Below are positions 39,977-53,648 of a stretch of DNA of 64,000 nt, piece after piece. The position numbers and the translations under genes are program-made. Each line of letters opens with the position of its first letter. Positions within the stretch are counted from its first letter, which is position 1. Source of the stretch: the human T2T-CHM13v2.0 reference genome, Homo sapiens. A model generated the notes under the pieces. It did no database searches. It was not told where the DNA came from and was given only the letters and a program-made list of their open reading frames with translations. The stretch is taken from NCBI RefSeq assembly GCF_009914755.1, contig NC_060939.1; one strand, written 5' to 3'.

Positions 39977-41355
39977 TTCATATCTTTAAGAAACTATAGT
40001 CACTTAACTTTTTTATACAATGAGATATTCTCTTGCATTGTGGTAACTCTTTCATGGACATTTTTTAAAGCAAGACATCTCCAAGATCAGTTCTGCCTCT
40101 TAAGTTACCTTCCTACCCTGTAAGTCTGACTCACTTGCTGGTCTACAAAGCTGACCAGATGAGTGCTGACTGAACAATGCACAATTTGTCAAGTTACTTC
40201 TGTGATAGTGTAATACAATCATTTAGATAATGGTCAAGTAACTTGTTGGGTAGAGTCTTAGTTTGAGTACATGCGTGGAAACTGATCATTATGCATGGAA
40301 AGTGATCATTATGATGACCACTTCCTTTTCTTTGCTCCCCTCCAAGGCATATATTTTATAGAGTTAATCCAGGTGACCTTCATTTTGATGATGCCACTCA
40401 TTCATGAAACCCTCTAAGTAATTTCCCTAATGTGGATAATAAAAATGCATTGGGCAGATATCATTTATTGATCTAGGACTATGCTTACTAAAATAGGGTA
40501 CAGGCAGACATGCCAAGGACTTAAGCCCTGAATAAATAAACGCATCTTCCTGGAATGCCAAACTTATTCAATGGTCCTTAATTTAATACCTTTTTCTTTT
40601 TTTAATACCTTTTTATTCTGTAAACAAGAATTCCTATGCTATGAATAGAATATATATTTTCGTGAATTTTGAAGATAAAACAAGAAACAATTAAGATATT
40701 TTAAACCAATCCCATCCTTGTAGTGGAGGACAATCACCTTTCCACTAAATTCCCATAGCAATTTACTTGGTATTCATAATTTTTAGCTTTTCATTGTCAT
40801 GCTTTATTTATATCTCTGTTAAGTATAACTTCCTCAAGGTAAAGCCTTGGGATTTTTAACTTTTGTATTTCTCCCCCATTCTTTCTCAGTGTCTCTAAAT
40901 ATTTGTAGAAAGAATGAAAAAAATTAGACATAAGTTCTCATTCAAGCTTTGTTACTTTAAACAAGACTGTGCTTGGGACGCAGTCTCTGTTATGGTAAAA
41001 TGAGAGAAGGTTAACAAAGATATACATGGGATATAAAACACCTATAGAAGTTGTAATAACAAGGTTTGTGATGCTTAATTTTGAATCTCTCTGACTCTCT
41101 TTCTCTGACAAACATATACACAACCCTCTCAAGTTGTCTGAGCTTCTAGCCAGTACATCAGGATGTAGTAAAAATCCTTTGCTATTCTACTGCCAAGCTA
41201 ACTCCTGTTTCTGCCTGAAGCACTTCTGCATGAAACAGTATGTATCTCTTGATTTGTGTTTCTATATTCAAATTTCTATATTTTCTGGATGTCTCATCCT
41301 TGTCTCTAGCTGTTGAAATCAGAACCACAAAACATTAAGAGTCAAAAGATTTTGG

Positions 41356-41670
41356 GGCCGGGTGCGGTGGCTCATGCCTGTAATCTCAGCACTTTGGGAG
41401 GCTGAGGTGGGTGGATTAAGAGGTCAGGAGATCGAGCCCATCCTGGCTAACACGGTGAAACCCCGTTTCTACTAAAAATACAAAAAAAAAAAAAAAAAAA
41501 AAAAAAAATTAGCCGGGCGTGGTGGCGGGCGCCTGTAGTCCAGCTACTCGGGAGGCTGAGGCAGGAGAATGGCGTGAACCCGGGAGGCGGAGCTTGCAGT
41601 GAGCCGAGCGACTCAGTCCAGCCTGGGCGACAGAGCAAAACTCCATCTCAAAAAAAAAAAAAAAAAAAAA
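41356..41670 (+). mobile_element. AluY with expanded middle A tract
   Basis: Y motifs, A27 linker at 41482-41508 and a small deletion in the right arm. TSD aagagtc(a/c)aaagatttt. Confidence 0.93.
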
Positions 41671-41699
41671 GAGTCCAAAGATTTTTGGACAGAACTTGA

Positions 41700-41810
41700 T
41701 CTGAGACCTAATTTATGTAAATAAGGAAACCGAGGCTCACAAGGCTTAAATAATCTACATCAGGTCATATAAATTGGCTTTGGTAAGAGTTGGGATAACC
41801 ACCTGCTATC
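41700..41810 (-). mobile_element. MIR fragment
   Basis: aaataaggaaaccgaggctcacaagg...aggtcata. Confidence 0.6.
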
Positions 41811-41859
41811 CTAACATTTAGTGGAGGACTTTTCCACTCTAACATTAATATTTTTAATT

Positions 41860-42300
41860 GAAATACCACTTCCCCTTTCTTTTTGATAAGAGTGCCCTGA
41901 TTTTAATTTAGGGATGTAATCAGTGGTGGCTAAGTGACTCAAGTTTAGCCAGTCAACACAGATAATCATGCTGTTTGCATTAAAGATGGAACCCAAGTTA
42001 GGTTAATGGGAGTCAGTTATGAAACTGTTAAAAGTGTTGTTTTTTCACTGGGGTTACTAAGTCAGTAAAATGTGTGCCTGGAGTTACTAATGGCTATTAT
42101 TGTCACTGAATGAAGAGAACTTGATTGAGAATGAAGCTCATGCAGACAAAAGCAGAGCCAACAGATACAGAAAATATATTCCTAACATCGTTTCTACACC
42201 TATAAACTTTACCTAAAAGTAACCACCTTTTACCTTTCAGTCACTTCAGCCAATAAATTAGTTCTGAATAATAAACATAGCCCGATTTGGATTATGTGGA
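41860..42300 (+). mobile_element. MLT1 (ERVL-MaLR) solo LTR remnant
   Basis: gtgactcaagtttagcca...gagaatgaagctcatgcaga...agcagagcc...gccaataaatt. Confidence 0.65.
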
Positions 42301-42949
42301 CCTTTTTCAGTTTATTCCCTTTTCCCCTCCAGCTAGAAATGATTGTTAAAAAAAAAAAAAAAAAAAAAAGGAGAAGCATGAGGAGGAAAAGGAGGAGGAA
42401 GAAGAAAAAGGAAAAGAATAAAAAAGAAATGATTCATTTTGCTTTAATTTCTATAGCAATACAGATTCTGGTCAAATAGCAAAAACTTTAGAATTGAAGA
42501 TTTTTTAAAAGTTTATCAGAGTAGTGATCCCAATAGATTTTTTAAATCATAAAATTTGAAAGATAGAGGCTTTAAGCATGCAATGTATATGAAAGTGTGA
42601 ACATTTTGTATCTAAATTCGAAAAGCAAATGACAAGGTGGAATTTTAACAATGTTTCTTAAAATGACCATAGAGAGTAAATTTTAGCATGTTTTTTGTGT
42701 AAAGTTGAAACTCTAAAGTGAAATGAATATAAATTTGATAATCAAAATACCTGAAAAACACATTTAGACTCAATAACCTTACAGCAACCAAAGGCTGTGA
42801 TAATGAAAAATAATACAAAAACTATTGCAATCATCTGGCTAATTTAGGGTTATTTGAATTCAGTAAAATTCCCTTACCCGGCTGCTGAAGGAGAGTATAT
42901 TTCAAATGGTGTGGGATCAAAACATTCCCCTCCATTTCCACGATTCTGG

Positions 42950-43245
42950 CATGTCCAAGCCCTACTAATCCATCATAGTTCATTCAAACAGTGGAAAACC
43001 CTCCCAAGCCAGAAGTAGTCACTCCCCACAAACTTCCACAGTGCTTTCTTTCCTCCTCTCTTGTGTTTTTATTCACTTCATATTGTCTTTTATGTATACA
43101 TGTGCACCTGTGTCACATCCCTCACTGGACTGCAAATCATTTGAGGGCAGAGTTAAAGAATTATTTAACCTCAAACTTTCTACAGCACTTAGCTCAGTAT
43201 TTCCTACAGAACAAGTGTTCAATACATACTTGTTACTGAATGCAT
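42950..43245 (+). mobile_element. L2 3' region
   Basis: ctggactgcaaatcatttgagggcag...cagcacttagctcagt...gttcaatacatacttgtt. Confidence 0.7.
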
Positions 43246-44484
43246 TAGTTCTGAAATTGGTGCTGTTTCCTGACAGAAAGGACTGGCTGTGCCACAGATA
43301 AGATGCATAAGTACTCAGATGAATATGGAGAGATTGAGACAATCATTTAACTGTTTTATGAACACAATATTCGGATATTTGAAAACATCTCTGAATTTTT
43401 TACTTTTCATCCAGATGTTTGGTGTTATGGAAATGCAGGCTTCACATTCAAATTAGTAATGTTTTTTAATTTAATGGCAGATGTATATTTGGGAGGAGGG
43501 GAAAGTGACCATTTCAGGAAGATTCACTTCCATTTGAGTTTACATGGAAGTAAATAGATTGAATTATAATAATAGCCTCCTATAGAATTCAGAAAAGGTT
43601 TGAGAGATGTTAATAATTGTCAGATCCTAAGAAATTAAAATGTTTGGTGGATACTGAGAGCCACAGTGGGAAGGCCTCATTAAAAAGAGCAAAGAGAAAA
43701 GCATACTCTCTTCTGTAGATAAGCTAAAGGAATACTGAATGAGCCTGATGGATTATCATCCAAAGATTTTAAGAACAGTTATTAAATTTATTATTAAGAT
43801 GTAGATAAAATAGAAAAGCAGAGAAGGAATGTTTTAAGACACCAAAGTTAATGACTAAAAGGAAAAAAGGTGAGTACCTTAGGATAAGGAGAAACAAAAA
43901 CATCTGCAAGGAGAAATGTTACATATACATATTCTAACAGAATCAAGTGAGTTTATATGAATGGCAGTGATGGAATTAAGTGATGGTCCGATACCACCAA
44001 CACTCATTTTACCTCTAAACTTCCAAAAAGGCAACAAAAATATTGCAGATAAGATTCAGAATTTCAAGCATAACAAATATAATTATTTTCCTATTGACTG
44101 AGACTTTAAAGCTGAGCACAATCTTATTTTGAATATAACAGAAATATATTCCCAAGGCTAGAGAAAGATAATTTTTATTTAACATTTGTTAGGATGCTCC
44201 CATGAGCTGCTTGGCCATGCATGTTATGCTGCCTACATGGCTAATGGGTAATCTTACTAAATGAGCCAAAAGCCACAAATAAGGCCTTGACTCATTTAAC
44301 AATCATTTCACATTTCCACACTATGACCAAATTAATATTTTATGGGGCCACTCAATTCTACGGCCAGACTACTTTTCCAAAAAATTGAATTTTGTACTTA
44401 TTTATTTTATGGGTCATTTGTTGAAATAGATTTCAAAACAGGTTTAGGCTATTTAGATTTTTCAGTGAACTGCAAAAGAAAAAC

Positions 44485-44595
44485 TCAGATTCAGAGTTTT
44501 AGACCTAGAGAGGATATTAGCGGTCATCTAACTCAAACTTCTTATTTTATGCCTAACAAAACTGAGGTTGACGGAGGCAAAATGGCTTGGCCAAA
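44485..44595 (-). mobile_element. MIR3-like fragment
   Basis: ttagcggtcatctaactcaa...attttatgcctaacaaaactgagg. Confidence 0.6.
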
Positions 44596-44794
44596 CCTCG
44601 CTGGCTTTCCTCTCTTTTAAGATGTCCCTGATTTCTCCAGTGAAAACAAATTTCACACACATGATCTCAGAGAACACTCTTATGGAACATCTTGTTTCTA
44701 CCTAGGAATTATAGATGCCAATATCCAGATTTTTTTCCTGCAAGTTACGTAACACCCATATCCTACGTCTTTCTTTGCCACCCTATCTTTCCCC

Positions 44795-44953
44795 GTTTGC
44801 CACACTGCATTACAAATGCTTGCCTGTTTGTCTGTCTTCCCTATTAGACCATATGTGCCTTGAGAGTAGAGACTGGCTATCCGTACTTTACTACCAGAAG
44901 CTAGTTCACTGCCTGGCATTTAAGAGGTAACCAATAAATACGTGTTGAACTAA
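44795..44953 (+). mobile_element. L2 3' end
   Basis: tgtctgtcttccctattagac...ccttgagagtagagact...tgcctggca...caataaatacgtgttgaa. Confidence 0.75.
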
Positions 44954-47794
44954 TCAAGTTTGAAAAGGTGACAAGTGAATTCTTTGCATCCCCAAAATAC
45001 TATTTTAAAATTACAGAAAGGGAAGTTAGTGGAGGTAAAAGCCAGATAGAAAATGAGAAGGAAGATTTAGGAACACAAAGAGGCAGAAAATACCAACTTT
45101 TTATCCACATCAAAATTGAAATAGTGAAAATCAGCTCTTACTTAAAACAAGAATAAAACTTTATACATGTAAAGAACTGGGAAGAAATGGCAAATCCAGA
45201 TGGTGACAATGACACACTATGGAAAAGAAATAAATGCATTGGACTTTTCATTAACATTTAATTTATTCATTTTAAATAGGCTAAGGGATTGCTTTAAAAC
45301 AAGAGTCTGAAGTATGTAGCAGAGAGTTATATAATGTCTAGACAACTGAGATACTTGTATCTAATCTTATGACAACAATCCTACTTAACAGGTCCAGACA
45401 CAGTGCCTTATGAGACTGAGTTAGAAGGAAATGAGGATTAGTGATTAGTCCATTACAACATTTCTTTAGTAACAGGAAAAAAAAGTCTAGGTGAAAAAAA
45501 TCTGGGGCAAATATTAAGGAATTATTAAGCAACATTAAAAGCTATAATAAATAATTTCAGTATGTCCTGTTCAATTTTACTTGCACAGATTATGCTATGA
45601 ATAATTTTGTCTGATTTACCATAAGAATGCACTGAAGGTCTAGTTGGACAACAGATAGCTAACATGGATTTAAAGAGGAAGAGGTTGTTTAAAGAAGCTG
45701 AGGGTTATCTTTTTTTTTTTCAAAAAGGTTATTATCTCTAGAGTAAGCAATGGAAATGTGGATAGTATCTTCTTTGCTCATCTCAGAGTATGGGATAACA
45801 GAATGGGGTTAATGATAAGTTTAAAAGTTATAAAAACAAGAAGGAAGTAGCTGTAAACTAATGACTTCTTGTGATAGACAGGAGTGGTTAAAAGGAGAAC
45901 CTTCGTAGTGACTGACCATTTCTTGCACCATATTATGGAGAAAGTCTCAATCAGGAGGGCTAGGAAACACAACCCCTTAATAAGAGTTAGTTCTTTCATT
46001 TTTAAAGTTCACCAAGACAGAAAACTCTAAGGTATAAAACAACAGCATTAGGAACTTGGCTGAAAGGTTCAGAACTACTTTCTTTTTCTAACATACACAG
46101 AGAGCTTCTTTCTGCATATAAATGAGTGTTTCATACAAGTAGACACTTAGACGAACACCCTAAGAAAGGCAGGCTCAAAACAGCTGATATTTTTTCTGTT
46201 TAATTATAGTCTCATATTCTTAAAATGTTTCAGAATTTATCTGACTTTTAAAAACACATGAGAAGCATCATTACCAGTCTACCACAAAATATGACAAAGT
46301 AAAACAAGATATCACCCAAGTGTTTACCTTAGTTTAGTTCTGCATTGTACTAGTAAATAAAGCAATCAACTATAATAACCAACCATAATAAGAAAGCTCT
46401 TACCCAGGCCATCAAAAAAGGTCAGTTAGCAGTATTTGTTTTGGAACTCCCCACAGTTTTATCTTATCAATTTGTTTTTCCTTCCCTTTTTTTTAGAACA
46501 GCCTCTGCAGTGAAAGTTAAACTAAATCAAGATGGAGACAGAGCAAGGTACTGCCACAACATTGTCTATCTTTGGGCCCCATTACTATTTTACCTAAACT
46601 ACAATGCATGAATACATTAAATATAAAGTATTTCTGAGCATATAAAAGAAAATCACTTTGTGAGTTTCTAATTTGTATATAGACGAAATCAACTGATTAG
46701 TAAATGGAGCACCTTCAAAATGTCTTTTCATCATACCTGTGAACATGTATTTTTCTGGTAATTATAAGATCATAAACCATCTAATCTACACCATAACCAA
46801 CCCCCCCAAAATAAATATACATATCTTCATGATCTGGATATCTACGGACTAAACATTCACTCGTTCAAGACAAAAGTGATTAAATACTAAAATATCAAAC
46901 CACTTGATAGTATTTAACCTTTTGCCACCATAATGGAATGTAATGCTGAGTAAATACAAATAAATTGGAAACTTATGGACTAAAAGAAAGTACAGACATA
47001 AAATTAAAAGTATTCTTGGCAAAAAATAAGGCTACATGCTGATAATATGTTTATAGTTTACTTAAATATTAATATGTGGCTTTTTTTTCCTAATTTGGAC
47101 AAAAAAATCAGAAAATATTCAGAAAAGGCTTTTCTTAGCTTGGGTAAACAAGTTGACCTCAGCAGAAAATAGTCTAATCATCTCTCTACTATATTTGCTT
47201 CTATTCATCAACTGGACAAAAGAAAGAGAAATAATGGTGGACATATTTAAAATATAAACATGTGAAGGTATACACCAGCCATATTTTTTTAATCCATTTA
47301 AGCAGTAAGATTTGATAGAAAGCAATAGCTATTTCTTATTCCTCCTGATTTGTATATTAGAAATTAGTAGTATATCTTTATATTCTTAGAAATAAATAAT
47401 TCTGTATTTGCAAAAAAATATTTCTTACAAGGATTTAGGAAGCCCTGAAAATGGCTGTCTCCACAAAAACAGAACCTTAAAAGGACAAATTTTTAATGCA
47501 GCTAAATTCAACTGGTATGAACCACTATGGCCAGCAACTGCTTTGATTAGTTGAGCATTCATTCTGACAGCTGGTGCCTGTTAAATAGTTTGAATTGTTG
47601 GTTGCTGTTAAACAATTGTTTTTCTGAATGATGGTCAAAACTCTCTAGCATTTCTGATGCCTGGTATGTTGTGGCTTTCGCAGAAGAACTTAAGTTTGAC
47701 CCATATCCAGCATAATGTGAATGGCATTCATATATCAGAATAAGGTGAGTTAACCAGTTACCCATAGAGTATGATGCTTTTTCATCTGAAACAA

Positions 47795-48109
47795 GGTATC
47801 TGTGGGGGATTGCTTCCAGGACTCCCTCAGACACCAAAATCTGAGGATGTTCAAGTCCCTAATATAAAATGGTGTAGTATTTGCATATAACCTATGCACA
47901 TCCTCCTGTATACTTTAAATGATCTCTAGATTACTTATAATTCCTAATAGAATGTAAATGCTATGTAAATAGTTATACTACACTTTTTATTTGCATTTTT
48001 TTTTTACTGTCGCAGTGTTATTTTTGTTGTCTTTTTTTTCATGAGTATTTTCAATATGCAATTGGTTGAGTCCCCAGATGTGGAACCCGCAGACGTAAAG
48101 GTCCGACTG
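47795..48109 (+). mobile_element. MER2 (TcMar-Tigger non-autonomous)
   Basis: ggtatctgtgggggattgcttccagga...aaaatggtgtagtatttgcatataaccta...ggaacccgc...ccgactg, followed by TA. The outermost part of the left TIR is missing. Confidence 0.9.
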
Positions 48110-48553
48110 TAGCCTGAAGTACTGTTTAAAGGTATCTTGGCTACTCATGTGTTACTGACTGAATCATATACATGATTAAAATATTTAATTTAAATACCTT
48201 TATTTCAGTAATTGGAAATATAACCTCATGCAACAGAAGCTGAGTGGGTTTCATTCTCTAAGTTAGCAAAACACTTAAGGATTGCCACATGGCAAGAAAT
48301 AAGCCAGAAATGGCCTTTAGACTCTAAGCAGAAAATCATTAAGCAAATCTAAGATACTATTTGTATGTATGTACCATGAAAATATTGATTATGCTTTATC
48401 TAAATGAAGACATTTACTGACAGGAGGTAAGAGAGGATAGTTTTTAGCAAGAGATTAATAGGAGGAATGAAAATTATCTCAAAGAGATCAAAAGTGTGGA
48501 TAGAAATCACCATTCAACTCAGGACTCTGGCTCCCCATATAAGAGTGAAACTT

Positions 48554-48932
<379 letters not shown>

Positions 48933-51884
48933 CTAGCAGAAACTAAAGGAAAGACTTTGTCAGTTCAGGTATTTGTAGGTGTAAAATTTTCATACAGTGT
49001 AGAGCACAAACAGGAAATTAAGGAAGAAATTCATAAGCCACTATTTTATAAAGTCTTCATCTTCTTTCCAACCTAACTAGCCAATTTTGAAATGGCCTGG
49101 GAACATACTACTACAAGGAATGAATAAACCTATCTTCATTTTATTGTTGTGGTATTTGTACAATTCTACGAACATTGATGGATAGCTGCCTCATCCCAGG
49201 CGAGATCTTTAACAAGTCAGGTGACTGGAGCAATGTAGAAACAGAGATTGAAATTAGCATTTTGGCATTTGACTGGTTATGCTTTCTTTTAATTCTCTCC
49301 CATAAGTTCCTGAACACATTGTCTGTTTTCATTTTAAGTGAATGGAATGCTAAAGATGTTATAGAAGAACCTAGAACTACACTCTCTGGAGACATTACTT
49401 TCTTTTGGACATTTAGGACTATTAGCCCTAAGTTATTGTAAGCATAAAACCTGTCAGCAAGGGAATTCAACATAGACTGTGCTTTACTGAAGTAAATGCA
49501 AATTGAAATATCCTAAGTTGAATCATGAAGGGAATTTGCTGTTCGCTAAAGTGAGTCCTTTTGTAAGATAAATAACTTTCTTGCAAAACAATTAATACTC
49601 CCCAAAGGACGAATGCTTTTCTGATTTCTTTATGAACAAATCTAGATGTTTACAAAAAAATGCCAAATGAAACATTCTGGTGGATTTACTAATAAGCACT
49701 TGGATTTTCTCTTCTGTGTTCCGTTCATTGCTGTATGTCCAGCTTCTTAGGAAAAAGTCTAGGAGAGCAGTATAGCTCAATAAGTATTTTGTAAGGGAAT
49801 GAATATTTCTTCAGTGCTTGACCTGAGTCTGAAACAGGGAATGTCTCATTTAGAGTGCACAAGGAAAGCAAGGGAAATGTTAGTCTTTACCGGTAATTCT
49901 CAAATTAGCAGTTAGAACCACTTAGTTGGGAGGAGACTAATGACAAGGGGAGGGAAAAATTCTGCATGTTACAGATTTAAAAGCATATTCTCTATCAATT
50001 CATTTACATTAATGAAAATCTGGATTTTTTTCATGAGAAATTATATATTTCTATTAGCCCATATTGATTCAGAAAGAAGGGGAAAAACCTGTAGAAAGCC
50101 CCATAGAACTTGTCATAATAGTCTGGGCAGAAGTATATGACTGTCATTCCAAGGCAGTAACACTTTCCATAATTTAATACCCTAGTGGATAAACATTTGA
50201 ATTTAAAGTGTAGATACATTTTGGAAACACTCAACCAACTCAGGAAACACATGTGCTATGGTGTCATCAGGTCACACTTCAGGTGGAGCTCTGGGAAATT
50301 TTTTGGAAAATACTGGCAGAAATAGGTTGGAAGGAGGGAGAGAGAACACATAAATCCATTAGCAATTGCATTTATAGCTCTTTCCATCTGTCATTTTCAA
50401 AGCATTTTTCTAATATTAGCTGCTGAAGTTCTAAGTGCACATGGCTCATATCCATTGTCTCATCTCACTTGATAAAGGTAAAGAACCGAACGCAGGAAGC
50501 ATTTGTGACTTATTACTTGTTTGTGATCCAGGCAGAATTAAATGCAAGAACTTAAGCTTCGAGTTCTCAATTTCTTTCCCTATGTTGAAAATCCATGAGG
50601 CTAACTACTTCCTAGGAATAATTATTTGTCTTTTAACAAAATCTTCATTCTTATTCTTCATATAGATTAGGGAGAAACTTTGGATATGAAAACATTGGTG
50701 ATGTTACCCATTCTAATATAATCTATTACACTGAAGATTTGATTATACCAACTCAAGGCAAGCAAGGTCAACTTACAGATAAAATAATTATGTGATATTG
50801 GCAAGATGTGATTAATTATATGAGGTCTACAGTTGCCATCAAAACAATGCAAGGCAATGAATTTCTAAGGTATTTTAGTTTTGTGTAAGATTTAGTAATT
50901 TAACTAAACTCATACCTCTCTGTCCCTCCAGAATGTAAGTGATACTATATCTGCTCATGGACAACACAAGTGGCCTATAACATTTAACAAAATTGCCTAA
51001 AGAAATTAAAAGCCAATAACTGTAGGATGAATATGGAAGTCCTGAATAGTTCCACCATTAGGTCAGTTAATTTAAACTTTAAAATATTTATATGTCTCCC
51101 ACCAGAACATAAGCTTCTTGAAGAAACTTGAAAGAAACAATTAGGAAAATTTCATGGAGCAAACTTTTCCCTAGCCCAGGCTATAGTTGCACAAGAGAGT
51201 TGGGGATCTAGAAACTTCTGTGGCTAATGTCTGCAACACACTGCGATAATGACCAGGAGACTAACTAGTCATTCAAGTGAGAAAAAGCTTTGACAAGTCC
51301 AAGAAAAAAAGAGCTCACTGTCATTCATTCTGGGAAATTAAAACAAAAACAAAAACTTATAAAGAAATTCAGGCTATATCTCACGAGGGGAAGAAGAAAC
51401 TAAAAAAGATTAAGAGACAAAGTGAGCTTATACACATTAGAATAATATATGCTCAAATCTCTGGAGAAACTCTATTATATCACAATTAATGCAGAAACTG
51501 CAATCAAGCCAGGCTAATTTCAATAGATTCCAAGTTTTGAACAGTTCCTAGGCTATCCAAGTGGGAATTTGGCCAGGACGCTGGGGTTAATAATTCATTT
51601 TGAGGAGGGCTAATTCTTTGGGAAGCAGCCCACTCTGCAGGAGGAAACATTTGGCCCATATGAGCAAATTCGCTCTTTGAGATCACCATCTATTAGCTCC
51701 ACAAGACACCATTTTTAGGGGGAGAAGGGGGAAGTAAGTTCACTTTCTCATACATATAGAAATATTTATCATGTTTTCAATAAATATATATTAATGTCAG
51801 AGAAATGGCTCAAGCATACACATTCTCAAGGAATAATTTTACAGTAACTTTTAATTACCATGATCTTAGTATCGCATCACCAGA

Positions 51885-52535
51885 CGAGTATTATGGCTAA
51901 AAGTAGGGGCTTTGGAATCAGACGGTCCTGGCTTTTAATCTTGGCTTGGCAGATTACTTACTGTAAAACCTTGAAGGAGCTACTGAATCACCCCAGGACT
52001 TGAGTTCTTCGTTTATAAAATAGGAAAATTAATGGTACCTACCTCATAGAGTTCTTATGAGGTTTAAATAAGTCATGTATTAATTGACCAAATGGATATT
52101 GAGTGCCAGGCACTGTTACAGGAGAGAAAAATCTCTGACCTCATGGAATTTATATTCTGGCAAGGAGTGAAGGTACTAAATGAAAAATACAGAATCTCTC
52201 TGGGGGTAACAAACTTTATGAAGACAAACAAGGCACTATACAGAGATAGAAAATAACTGGGGATGCTGCTCTTTTATGTAGGGTAGCCAGGGAGAGCATT
52301 TTGAGAAGGTGACATTTGATCATAGACAAGTGTAGTCAGAGCCAGCTAGGAGGCAGGATGGCAAGGAGCCCAGAGCCCTACTGCAGAGTGAGAGGGGCTC
52401 AGTGGAAGGATGGGGGCTGGAGAAGTAGCTGGTGCCAGACCATCCTGGGCCTGTGGGTCATGTTAAAGGATGTAAGTACTAACATGGTGTCTGGCACATA
52501 GTAATTAAGCACATAATAAATAGTAGCTATTTATT
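51885..52535 (+). mobile_element. MIR split by an L2 insertion
   Basis: MIR head and core at 51885-52078 (ggctttggaatcagac...gtacctacctcatagagtt). MIR tail at 52471-52535 (gtgtctggcacatagtaa...aataaatagtagctat). Confidence 0.75.
52079..52470 (-). mobile_element. L2 fragment
   Basis: gtgccaggcactgtt...ctgacctcatggaatttatattct...gagaaggtgacatttga...ccagaccat...gggcctgtgggtcatgttaagga. Confidence 0.75.
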
Positions 52536-52924
52536 TATTCATACTGGGTAAATACAGTCATAAATCAGAATCATTCCTTGTTTCCATTGCTCTGTCACGT
52601 AATGGGAGTTTTCTACATCAATCCTGTCATCCTCACATAGCGATATCCTAACACATTTTAAACGCTCATGATATCACTAGTGTTTGTAAATATAAATATT
52701 TTGTGATGTGTGGTTATTCAGCATCTTATTTTCCTGTTGGTGGGTCTTAAAAGTGATTTTTTAAAAGGGTATGTTAATTGAATGAGGTGAGATAGGATGC
52801 AAAAAAGAATCTTCAGCTGGGACACACATAGAGGGAAGATGGATTAGGACAGTGTCCTTTGCATTTTCCCCAAGAACACCAGAATGCAGGTATTTTCCTT
52901 ATACTAAGCTGATTTGGAAGAAAG

Positions 52925-53200
52925 TCTTTAACTGATCTTCATGTCTCTAAATTGACTACAAATTGGCCCCAGCAGTCACCACCTAGCAAGTACACAAGAC
53001 ATCAAATGGATCATTCATACACTTCCCAAAACCGGTATAGCTCCATGTCACCAATAAAACAGATTCTTGGCCTGCACTCTAAGGCCTTTCACAATATCCC
53101 AAACTATCTTTCCAAATTTATATCCCACTACTCTGCAACACAAATATAAAATCCTAACCAAACCACATTGTCTTCTCTATTTTATTCCTCTATTATTGCC
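52925..53200 (+). mobile_element. L2 internal fragment
   Basis: tcttggcctgcactctaaggcctttcacaat...aactatctttccaa. Confidence 0.55.
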
Positions 53201-53289
53201 ACCAAAACCCCTTCCATCTTGCAGATATTCAAAATCTCACCATTCTTTCTCTCCTCCCCTTTTTCTATACACTGTGTTTCCCAGTCCCT

Positions 53290-53648
53290 CTATACCTCTC
53301 CTCCCCATGAATTGGGCATGACCATGCAACTGATCACTAGACAAAGGACTGTGATTAAGGGTATGTGTGCTATTTTGGGGGCTGAAGAATTCACTTGCTG
53401 CTATGAACTCCCCTAGCCCTCTCTATTGCCGCTGCAATCATGGAGGTACTTGTTAAGAGTGTGGTGTCACAAAGTGGAAGAAACTTTACATGCTGAGCTT
53501 GTATAAGGAGGACAGCCAGCCTCAGAGAATAGCCTGAACTCACCACTGATTTTGTGTGCCCAAGAAACAACTCTTTTGTGTTAAGCCACTGAGGTTTTTG
53601 GTGCTATTTGTCGAAGCAGCGTAACAAATCCTATTCTGATTGATATAC
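53290..53648 (+). mobile_element. MLT1 (MLT1I/J-like) solo LTR
   Basis: Typical MLT1 3' end: gttaagccactgagg...tatttgtcgaagcagcgtaac...ctgattgatata. Confidence 0.75.

Noticed and set aside
42294-42479. Lys/Arg-rich ORF resembling a basic or NLS peptide
   Set aside because: It comes from a poly-A/GA low-complexity tract.
49141-49473. Overlapping 110-aa (-) and 88-aa (+) ORFs
   Set aside because: No recognisable homology, no convincing splice boundaries and non-ATG starts. Such lengths are expected by chance in 64 kb.
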